DNA of 64,000 nt from Nanobdellota archaeon (GTDB taxonomy: Archaea > Nanobdellota > Nanobdellia > Woesearchaeales > CG1-02-33-12). The stretch spans positions 33 through 64,032 of the forward strand of contig JAHJQG010000064.1 of NCBI GenBank assembly GCA_018819345.1, in the 5' to 3' direction. Positions 29,284-37,878 of the stretch are shown here, one piece after another. The position numbers and the translations under genes were made by a program. Under the pieces are notes generated by a model. It did not search any database. It saw only the letters and a program-made list of their open reading frames with translations, and was not told where the DNA came from. Within the stretch, counting starts at the first letter, position 1. Every line of letters begins with the position of its first letter.

Positions 29284-29724
29284 ATGGCAGATGAAAATGA
29301 AACGTATGTTGCAAGTGTAAGAAGTGCTATGAACCAGAATGTTGACCCTCTTACAAAAGAGGTCACTGAAAAGTTAATTGAAGAGCCAAACTTAACTATT
29401 GGTGGAATTATAGACTACTTAATAAAAGATGATGGTTTTAATGATGAAGAAAAGGAAGTAATGAAAGGAGTAAAAAAAGAACTAGATGATTCAATGGCAG
29501 CTCCTGAGCGTCTATCTATAAAGGTATTAAATGAGGGGGGAGATGGATATAAATCTTTCACAAATCAAAGGGGAGAAATGACCCAAGTAATAAAAAAAAC
29601 AGATATAGCAAAAGACTATTTTGAACCAGGAACAATTGAAGAGACGCCATATAATGGGTTAAATTTAGAAGTACATTTTATGAGAAAAGCTGGATCTAGA
29701 TTAGATTACATTCTTTCAAAATAA
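29284..29724 (+). CDS. small cysteine-free protein, paralogue B (...LNLEVHFMRKAG followed by SRLDYILSK)
   Basis: Paralogue of 26725..27129. It carries 9-10 extra residues after the aligned C-terminal Gly. Confidence 0.6.
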   Translation: MADENETYVASVRSAMNQNVDPLTKEVTEKLIEEPNLTIGGIIDYLIKDDGFNDEEKEVMKGVKKELDDSMAAPERLSIKVLNEGGDGYKSFTNQRGEMTQVIKKTDIAKDYFEPGTIEETPYNGLNLEVHFMRKAGSRLDYILSK

Positions 29725-29725
29725 G

Positions 29726-30970
29726 ATGAAACTGCCAAAATCTAGCTTTAGCAGCATTGCTGAAGAAGCTAAACTTTGCCTTATCTTAAATAATAGACTT
29801 TATACAGTTGAAGTAAGAGAAGAAAAAGGCAATAATTTTTTTTATTTTGCTAATAAAAAGTATTTATTGCAAGAGTCAGAAAGTCTTAAATCTATTGAAA
29901 GAATATACTTAAAAAACAATGAAATTGAATTTAAGTCAATTATTAATAACATATCAAAAAAAAGTTTAAAAGAAGATAACAACTTATTAAAAAAGGATAT
30001 ATTTGAATTACAAAAAAAATATGAACTCCTTGATTTTATAGTTAACAAAGTTTTTCCTCTCTATTCTAAAAACAAGAATAACATAAAATTGAAATCTAAA
30101 AACCAAAAACCAAATCAAAAATTAGAAGAAATTTTAAAACCAAAGATTGATAAACACAGGACTGAGAATCTTAAAGACGGCTTTGAATGCCTATTAAACA
30201 GGGATTATTCTATACTTGAAAAGAACATAATAAAAAATATTAATCTGCTTATATTTAATAGGAATATTTATATTACAAAAAAAATTCCAGAAAAAATTTA
30301 CAAAACAATAAGAAACAGATTTAGGATTAATAATATAAATTACTCATATAAATTCACTGGTTATTTAAAGGATTTAGAGAAAGAATACCTTAAAAATTTA
30401 TCAGATGAAATAACAAAATTTTCAAATCATAGTGGAAATCTTTTAAATGAAAAAATAAATTTGTTAAACAAAAAAAATAATTTTTCTGAGATAGTAAAAA
30501 AACAAATATACCAAGAAGGCCGCATTGGTTTTATTAAAAAAGGGCAAGACCATTATATTTTCCTTGAGCAAGAACCATTTGCTCTTAAATCAATTGATCA
30601 GTCTGATTATTATGTGTTTGAAAAATGTAAGGTTGGTGTTAAATTAAAATTAAATAATCATAAAATAGAACTTGAGTCACCTGTTGTAATTAATAAGTAT
30701 TCTCATCCCTTGCTTTCTGGCTTTGATATGCCAGAACAATATATTTGTACTGGAAACGGCATAAGTAGCAATGTGATAAATGATTTTAATGAAAAAAAAG
30801 ATTATGCTGGAATAGCATACTATCTTCTTAAAGTGGGAGGATTTGCTTTGAGGAACGGGTATTGTCCTGGAATGAATCCCCATCATCATCTAAATAGAAA
30901 CACCTTTTGTAATAATCTTACAACCCTTCAAGAAATAAACAAAAGAGGAGTTGTTGTTGAAAAACAGTGA
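29726..30970 (+). CDS. hypothetical protein; the C-terminal region carries HPLLSGFDMPEQYICTGNG
   Basis: ORF of 414 aa. An HP...C spacing is reminiscent of E2/UBC active sites, but this is weak. Confidence 0.35.
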   Translation: MKLPKSSFSSIAEEAKLCLILNNRLYTVEVREEKGNNFFYFANKKYLLQESESLKSIERIYLKNNEIEFKSIINNISKKSLKEDNNLLKKDIFELQKKYELLDFIVNKVFPLYSKNKNNIKLKSKNQKPNQKLEEILKPKIDKHRTENLKDGFECLLNRDYSILEKNIIKNINLLIFNRNIYITKKIPEKIYKTIRNRFRINNINYSYKFTGYLKDLEKEYLKNLSDEITKFSNHSGNLLNEKINLLNKKNNFSEIVKKQIYQEGRIGFIKKGQDHYIFLEQEPFALKSIDQSDYYVFEKCKVGVKLKLNNHKIELESPVVINKYSHPLLSGFDMPEQYICTGNGISSNVINDFNEKKDYAGIAYYLLKVGGFALRNGYCPGMNPHHHLNRNTFCNNLTTLQEINKRGVVVEKQ

Positions 30971-31829
30971 TAATATGAAAAAATTAGAATATATACTTGA
31001 AAATAATTCAAAAGAAAAAATAGATGAATTGTTTAGTGATTTAAAGATTACTGATTATGCTTATAAAAAAATAAAAGCATATGCTTCTCTAGCCTGCATA
31101 ACTGCTAATGCATCAATTGAATGTGGTGGTTATTTAGTAGCTCTTAAAGAGGATCAGGATTATATTGTAAAGGATGTGTATTTGTCAAAAGATCAAAAAG
31201 TAACAGGCGTAGAATATATCGTTGATTCAGAGCCAGATATGGATTTTCTAAAAGAAATCAAGAATGATGGATATAAAGTAATGGGGTGGTGGCATAGTCA
31301 TGGAAGTATGAATCCTTTTCACTCTGGAACTGATGATGATACATTCAAGAGCATTTATTATAATATTTTTCCGTATAATAAAAAGGAATCAAGTAGAGAA
31401 ATAATTCCTCTTTCAGGAGATTCATTTAAAATTGAGCATCAAACTGATAAAACAGGAAATAATTATGTATTTTTTAAATCAAATAATTTTCTTGAAGATG
31501 TAATTGAGATGAAGGTAGGTAATAATTTTAAATTAAATGATATTGAAGTCAAAGAAATTAAAATAAAAAAATTCAGAGGTATTTCATTTGCATATAGTCT
31601 AGTTGTGAATCGTTTTTATTCTGCAGCACCTTATGCCGAAGTAGCTATCAAACACCCTAAGACTAAGGAAATTAAAATTAACAAGGGGGTTAAAGTAACG
31701 GAAATAATCTCCAATCCAATGTCCTTAGATTATGAGAAAATATTAGATGAAATAAAAACAAGAATCATCTACAAAGGAAAATTTTTGGGGGAAATAACAA
31801 ACAAATATGCAGAATCTGGGGTGATCTAA
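30951..31829 (+). CDS. JAB/MPN (JAMM) metalloprotease, paralogue 1
   Basis: The upstream Glu is in IECGGYLVA. The JAMM motif HSHGSMNPFHSGTD matches H-x-H-x7-S-x2-D exactly. The ORF ends at TAA 31827-31829. Confidence 0.75.
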   Translation: MLLKNSDNMKKLEYILENNSKEKIDELFSDLKITDYAYKKIKAYASLACITANASIECGGYLVALKEDQDYIVKDVYLSKDQKVTGVEYIVDSEPDMDFLKEIKNDGYKVMGWWHSHGSMNPFHSGTDDDTFKSIYYNIFPYNKKESSREIIPLSGDSFKIEHQTDKTGNNYVFFKSNNFLEDVIEMKVGNNFKLNDIEVKEIKIKKFRGISFAYSLVVNRFYSAAPYAEVAIKHPKTKEIKINKGVKVTEIISNPMSLDYEKILDEIKTRIIYKGKFLGEITNKYAESGVI

Positions 31830-32084
31830 ATTCCAGAGATAACAGATACACAAGAAAGAATAGAAGGATGGAATCAAAAAAAACTTGATGATTCTTTAGT
31901 AACAATAATTGGGGCTGGACCATTATCCAATTTTGTTTTATCAAATCTTGTTGGTCTGCAAGTTGGAAATATAAGGATAATTAATAATGAAGATTATACT
32001 AATAATTCTAATGAATTCTTATTTTTTGATTATTATAACAAAAAAGAAAAAGTTAGGAAAGTTAAGCATCTTGAAAAAATAATT

Positions 32085-33338
32085 ATGCAAATGAATCCCA
32101 AAATAAGAGTTGGCGGATATTATTCTCCTCTTTTTTATGATTTAGTTGGCAAACCAAATATACTTATTGATCTTACAAATGACCCATGTTCAAAATTTAA
32201 GAGCATAAAGATTTCGGATAAATTGAAAATACCTTTTATTACTGCTTCTACAAGCAAGAATAAGGGCAAGGTGATGGTTTACACCCCTATGAGCAAGACA
32301 GAAAGAATAATTCTTTCTAAAAAGAACTATACGCAAAGCATAGATGAATATTTATTTCCTGATTTTGAAAATTGCCAACAGGGCAATATAACAAGCGGTC
32401 TGATTGCTGGATTAGTAACAGAGGAAATAAGAAAATCTGTAATTAAATTATATGATTATGATAAATTGATGAAAAAAGGAGTAACATACAACCTCCTGTC
32501 TAATAGGCGGTTCAAAGATGAATGTGAGATAACTCTTGGTATATCTGATTATCTGAATGAAAAAAACCTGTTTAAGAATAAAAAAGTTGCAATAATTGGT
32601 GCAGGTTCAATAGGAAATTTTGTTGGACTTGGTTTATCCCTAATGAATTTTGATAAGATATACTTAATTGATATGGATAAAATTGAGGAGAATAATAAGA
32701 ATAGGCAGATTCTTTACACTCTTGGGAATTATGTTGGTGAAAAAAAAGTTGAAATATTGTCTAGATTAATGAATAAAATAAATCCAACTACTCAATCTAT
32801 AGGAATTTATGGAAAATTAGGAAATAATCTTAATAAAGAAGAAAAAAGAAAACAAGTTAAATTAATTAATGAATCAGAATTTCTTAAGCTTGATTGTGAT
32901 TTGATTTTGGGTTGTCTTGATAATATTTCTGCAAGAGCATTTGCTAATAGGTTGGCTGTAAAAAACTCTATTCCTTACATAGATGGAGGAACTAGTCCTT
33001 TCTCTGGACAGGTAAGAGTCTATAGTCCTGGAAAAACAGCATGTTTAGATTGTCAGGAGAACATTTATTCTCAGGCAATTGAAGAGCAAAATAAAGAAGA
33101 AATTTCTGACCATTGTACTGCAAATGATCACGAGCCAAGTGTCGTCATGTCAAACCAGATAATTGGCGCAGCAATTCTGGGTGAGATAAGAACACTATTT
33201 TATCCGGAAGTTTATGGACAACCAGTGATGAATGGCATGCTATACAACTCTTTTGATCGAGATAGGCTTGTTTTGAATAAGATCAAATGTAAACCAAATA
33301 AAGATTGTCTTTGCAGTAAAAAATTTTATAATAAATAA
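32085..33338 (+). CDS. ThiF/MoeB/E1-like adenylyltransferase; the N-terminus may extend upstream to 31830
   Basis: KVAIIGAGSIGNFVGLGL...IYLIDMDKIEENNKNRQ (GxGxxG, D.D, NRQ), then a CLDC...C cluster. The 85 in-frame codons upstream at 31830-32084 have no canonical start and encode IIGAGPLSNFV...IRIIN. Confidence 0.7.
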   Translation: MQMNPKIRVGGYYSPLFYDLVGKPNILIDLTNDPCSKFKSIKISDKLKIPFITASTSKNKGKVMVYTPMSKTERIILSKKNYTQSIDEYLFPDFENCQQGNITSGLIAGLVTEEIRKSVIKLYDYDKLMKKGVTYNLLSNRRFKDECEITLGISDYLNEKNLFKNKKVAIIGAGSIGNFVGLGLSLMNFDKIYLIDMDKIEENNKNRQILYTLGNYVGEKKVEILSRLMNKINPTTQSIGIYGKLGNNLNKEEKRKQVKLINESEFLKLDCDLILGCLDNISARAFANRLAVKNSIPYIDGGTSPFSGQVRVYSPGKTACLDCQENIYSQAIEEQNKEEISDHCTANDHEPSVVMSNQIIGAAILGEIRTLFYPEVYGQPVMNGMLYNSFDRDRLVLNKIKCKPNKDCLCSKKFYNK

Positions 33339-33340
33339 AA

Positions 33341-35626
33341 ATGATAAATAAAATAAAAAATAAAAAATTAGTAGAAATAATTAGAAGAAGAAATGAAGAA
33401 AAAAATAAATTTAAGGATAATCATAAAAAAGAAAATTTGTTTAAGATTAAACCAATATTTAATAAAATAAAAATAAAAAAAAGTGCTTTATTAAAAGCAA
33501 ACTTCTATTCTACGATAGCACCAATATTATTTAATAAATCAGTAGAAGCGATGGGCTATTTAGTTGCACCAAAAGGAATCAATGAAGATGTTGTTAATGA
33601 TATCTATTTATCCCATAATCAAACGGTTACATCTTCAACATGTACTGGTGATCCTTCTTCTGAGATGAATTCATTCAAAAAAATTCAGAGTGAATGTTCC
33701 AAAATAATAGGATGGTGGCATAGTCATGGACTTGATTATGGGCCATTTCATTCTTTAACTGATGTAGAAACTTTTGAAGGAATTTCTTATAGCATATTTC
33801 CTAATAATAAGATTAGTATAGATAATTTTGTTGATATAAGTAATTTGGATGATAGTGCTGGTTTAAGTTATTCTCAAAAAGACGATAAGAATTATTTAAT
33901 GATAAATTCAGAGAATAATGATCCTATTTTCAGGTTATCAATAGGTAAAATCAATTCAGACATTGTGCCTCTTCTTAAAGATATCAAGATAAATAAAGTT
34001 GAAAAAGCAGATCCTATAAAAATTTCTTTTAGTTATAGCATGGTGACCAACAGCAAAAATATGCAGCCTTATTTAGAAGTTTCTTATAAATGTAAAGGAG
34101 ATGAAAAAATAAATTATGTAAAAGGAAAAGATGTTACTCTAGAGGTTATAGATGATGAAAAGCTTCAATTTGAAGATTACAAGAGATTAGTTGATGATGT
34201 GTCAAAAAGAGTCCACTATAACGGAAAACTTCCAACTAGGAATATATCAGACTATGAATTAAGAAAGATCATAAACGAAGTAGAAACAAGGGTTAATAAT
34301 TTTAATATGACTGTAGTTAAGCCTTCTGAAAAAAAGGAGGAAATTAATAAGAGTTTAGAAAGCATAGTGACAAAAACCCCTGAAGAAAAATTAAAAGACA
34401 AAGGTGAAGAACAAAAAACTGTGTATAAGAAAGACATTTTAAGTGAAGATGTAAAACAATTACAACCAGTAAAATATAAGGATAAGTTAGAGAATTTAGC
34501 TGAAGAGAAAAAAACTATTGAATCTCAAAGAGAAAAAGTTGTACACAAAATAAAAGATAATAACTTAGAGGAAATTTTAGATAAGTACAACAATCATAAA
34601 GAATTAACTCGAAAACAAATATGCAATGAATATAATATCAATAATTATACTCTTGACAAAATTCTAAGAGAAGCAGAAAATAAGGGTTATAGAATAGATA
34701 GAAGAGCAAATAAGATTTCTGATGAACATAAAGCAGATATTATTAATTTGTATAATAACACAAATGTTAAAGTTAAAGACTTACGCAATGAATTAAATAA
34801 AAACAGACAAGAAAATGAGCCAGAGAAAAAATTCAGCACATCTACACTTTACAGGATCCTTCATAAATATGAAAATAATGGAAATAATGTGAACTGGAGA
34901 AGGAAAAATAATAAAAAAGAGCCGCCAAATATAATTAGGTATAATCCTATCAATTACATAAGTAACATCTTAAAAGATTATTCTGCAAAAACAAAGGGTT
35001 TCATAAAAAGGGCTGTGCAAAAATATTGGAAAATTGGTCTTATAAGCGCATTATCCCTCGCAATAGGAGCTGGCTCACTGATGTATGCTACTCGTAAGCC
35101 AAACAAACAAATCAACTATACTGAACCAACTAAAAAAATAGAACAGATTATAGAAAAAGAAAATACTGCTCCTTTAGTTGTTTATAATCCTAATAACAAA
35201 GTAAATTATGCTGGAGAGGATATTACCCAACATATTGAAAATAACAAAACAGCTACAGACAATCAAGCTAACAAAAGAGAGTATATGATTCAGAAAGGGG
35301 ATACTCTTTGGGATATTATGGATAAAGAAACTGGAAAGCCAGGGTTATGGGAAATAGTTTATGCAACTAATGAAAGCACAGCAAGTAATCAAAATCAAAA
35401 AAACAGGCAGCAGAATATTAGGGAGTTTGGAAAAAAATACAATATAGAATCATTGAAAAATGCAGGAATTAATGGCTCTCTGAAGCCATATGAACTAAAA
35501 GACCAATGCAAAATTAAGGACAAAACCAAAATTGAATTGAGCAAAAGCATTTCTGATGATATATCCAAATTAAATCCTCAACTTCAAAAAGAATTTAACA
35601 AAATTTTCTACAAGGCTTCAGGTTAA
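33341..35626 (+). CDS. JAB/MPN (JAMM) metalloprotease paralogue 2, with a C-terminal TM helix and LysM domain
   Basis: EAMGYLVA and HSHGLDYGPFHSLTD (JAMM). A middle region is paralogous to JAB1. A TM segment IGLISALSLAIGAGSLMYA is followed by the LysM-like YMIQKGDTLWDIM. Confidence 0.7.
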   Translation: MINKIKNKKLVEIIRRRNEEKNKFKDNHKKENLFKIKPIFNKIKIKKSALLKANFYSTIAPILFNKSVEAMGYLVAPKGINEDVVNDIYLSHNQTVTSSTCTGDPSSEMNSFKKIQSECSKIIGWWHSHGLDYGPFHSLTDVETFEGISYSIFPNNKISIDNFVDISNLDDSAGLSYSQKDDKNYLMINSENNDPIFRLSIGKINSDIVPLLKDIKINKVEKADPIKISFSYSMVTNSKNMQPYLEVSYKCKGDEKINYVKGKDVTLEVIDDEKLQFEDYKRLVDDVSKRVHYNGKLPTRNISDYELRKIINEVETRVNNFNMTVVKPSEKKEEINKSLESIVTKTPEEKLKDKGEEQKTVYKKDILSEDVKQLQPVKYKDKLENLAEEKKTIESQREKVVHKIKDNNLEEILDKYNNHKELTRKQICNEYNINNYTLDKILREAENKGYRIDRRANKISDEHKADIINLYNNTNVKVKDLRNELNKNRQENEPEKKFSTSTLYRILHKYENNGNNVNWRRKNNKKEPPNIIRYNPINYISNILKDYSAKTKGFIKRAVQKYWKIGLISALSLAIGAGSLMYATRKPNKQINYTEPTKKIEQIIEKENTAPLVVYNPNNKVNYAGEDITQHIENNKTATDNQANKREYMIQKGDTLWDIMDKETGKPGLWEIVYATNESTASNQNQKNRQQNIREFGKKYNIESLKNAGINGSLKPYELKDQCKIKDKTKIELSKSISDDISKLNPQLQKEFNKIFYKASG

Positions 35627-35627
35627 A

Positions 35628-36320
35628 ATGGATTTGTGGGAAATAATAAACAAGAGAATAATAAGAAAATCACAAAAGAAAGATAATGATAGCCTTCTAA
35701 ACAGGATTAAAAAGCAGAATTCAGAAAATAAGTTGAAATGTATTAGGAAGAGCAACCAAAATACACACCTCATTGAAGAAATCAAAAAAGCTTATCATAA
35801 AAAAATTTTATATGTTCCTGATTTTAATATTGATGATATTAAAAAGGATTATAATTTTTTACTAACTGACAAAAGTGTTGAAAACCCCTTTATAATAAAT
35901 TCTGAACTTGTAAAGATAATTAAGGATTATACTGCTAATATAAAGAATGATGAGGAAAAAGCAAAAAGAATATTTAATTGGATACACCAAAATATAGAAT
36001 ATGATAACTTAAGGAATGATAATAGATATCAAAACTCAAAGGAAACTTTAGAGCATAGACTAGGAATTTGCGGCGAGATGGCTTTTTTATATATAACAAT
36101 GGCACGGGCAGCAGGGCTAAAGTCAAAATATGTAAGTGTTAAGGTTGACTGCGATAACATAAAAGTTAATCATGGATGTGCTGTGGTTTATGTTCAAAAT
36201 AATCCTATTCTTGTTGATCCTGCTTATAATAAGTTTGATATTCATCATAGGAAATACAGTATCTTAAATGATGATGATATCACTAAAAATTTTGTTTACT
36301 GGAGAAATGGAAAATCATAA
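35628..36320 (+). CDS. transglutaminase-like (papain-fold) protein
   Basis: Cys-His-Asp core: GICGEMA, NHGCAVVY, LVDPAY. Confidence 0.6.
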   Translation: MDLWEIINKRIIRKSQKKDNDSLLNRIKKQNSENKLKCIRKSNQNTHLIEEIKKAYHKKILYVPDFNIDDIKKDYNFLLTDKSVENPFIINSELVKIIKDYTANIKNDEEKAKRIFNWIHQNIEYDNLRNDNRYQNSKETLEHRLGICGEMAFLYITMARAAGLKSKYVSVKVDCDNIKVNHGCAVVYVQNNPILVDPAYNKFDIHHRKYSILNDDDITKNFVYWRNGKS

Positions 36321-36374
36321 AGGTGAATTAAGATCAAAAAAGAAGATGAAAATCAATTTAACTCAGAGAAAAGT

Positions 36375-37877
36375 TTGGAAGAAAGAGTCAAATCAATAGT
36401 GAGCACTATAAAACCTGATTTTAAAAGGATCTCTGATGTAATTGAGGACAATGTAATCTTAAATTATTTTATTGATAACTTAAAAAAAGAAGTAACTCAA
36501 AGAGATATCAATTTTGCAGACTTAAGGAATATTATTTCATGTGACTATTACCTTAGATTTAACAAAAAAGACAAGAAAGAAATTATCCAATTGTTGAATA
36601 AACAGGATTCAAATGCATTAATTGATTATTGTACATTGGGTTTAATCAAAAAAGAAAAGCGCAGATACAATAAAAAACCAAGTGTGTCCAATCCCTTTTT
36701 AAAGTATTGTAATGATATGAATGTTGAAATTCTTTCTACATCTTATATAGGCTTATTAAAGAACAATGAAATAAAAAGCCTAATAAAACAATCTCATGAT
36801 ATAAAAGACTTAAAGGCAATAATTTTTATGGATGTTCTGATGCCAATGCTTGATAAAGCTCATTTAGAGAAAATAATTAATTCTGAACTGAATCCTGAAC
36901 AAAAAGCACTTGAATTTGCAAAGGAGTATCAGATTTGCAAAGACATGAAAAGAATCAAAGAAATATTTCTTAATTTAAATGAAGAAATAAAACATTTAGA
37001 GGGAGATTTTTTTAGATTAACTGGAAAGTCAGGTTTAGAGGAACTCCAAGCACTTGTTAATATAAGAAATAAGATAATCAGACACAAGGAAAAATACAAT
37101 AATCCTGAGCAGTACATAACAAATGCTCAATTATTGACAAAAGATATTCTTAATAATGATAATTCTTTAAATCATATGATAGAAGAAGGCATTGACAAAT
37201 CAAATTGCGTAAAGAAAGAGGTTGAAATCAATATAAAAAAGGAAATTGATGTCAGCTATTCAGAATATAAAAAAATAAATGATGACTTGTCTGAAGGAAG
37301 CTTTGAGTCATATTTATACAAAGATAAATTAAAAGAAAAAGAAAAAAATCTAAATAAAATAATTGAAGTGTTTGATTTTGCTGGTGATGAAAGGTTAGAT
37401 GAAGTATGGATGCTGAAAAAAACAGTTGAATCAAAAATAAAAACATTTGAGGATATAATTTATGAAAGATACCAGATAAATTCATACATCAAAAAGGTAA
37501 ATCAGCATAATAGTGTTCTTGAGGCAGCATTTCAGGATCAGGTTTTTGAAGAAGACATTTCTCTTTTGTGTGATGTAAAAAAGATTATTTCAACTAACTT
37601 AGAGTCATCTGTTTATCCTGAAAACAAAGCTATTCTTGAAGAATATAAATCACATTTACAGCAATTAAAAGAGTTATTTGATAAAAAAGTAATTAATGGT
37701 ATAAAAATAATAAATAAAAGTAGTTTTGATATGGAAGAAAAACATAATCTAAATGATAACAGCAAAAAAGGTTATCTTGGTTCTTTTGTAAGAAAGAAAA
37801 AATTTGAATCTGCTAAAAAGGAGTTATCAGAATATCGTAACCAGTTTAATAAAATTAAAGAATTAATCCAAACATAA
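36375..37877 (+). CDS. hypothetical coiled-coil protein
   Basis: ORF of 500 aa; heptad-rich. Confidence 0.35.
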   Translation: MEERVKSIVSTIKPDFKRISDVIEDNVILNYFIDNLKKEVTQRDINFADLRNIISCDYYLRFNKKDKKEIIQLLNKQDSNALIDYCTLGLIKKEKRRYNKKPSVSNPFLKYCNDMNVEILSTSYIGLLKNNEIKSLIKQSHDIKDLKAIIFMDVLMPMLDKAHLEKIINSELNPEQKALEFAKEYQICKDMKRIKEIFLNLNEEIKHLEGDFFRLTGKSGLEELQALVNIRNKIIRHKEKYNNPEQYITNAQLLTKDILNNDNSLNHMIEEGIDKSNCVKKEVEINIKKEIDVSYSEYKKINDDLSEGSFESYLYKDKLKEKEKNLNKIIEVFDFAGDERLDEVWMLKKTVESKIKTFEDIIYERYQINSYIKKVNQHNSVLEAAFQDQVFEEDISLLCDVKKIISTNLESSVYPENKAILEEYKSHLQQLKELFDKKVINGIKIINKSSFDMEEKHNLNDNSKKGYLGSFVRKKKFESAKKELSEYRNQFNKIKELIQT

Positions 37878-37878
37878 A

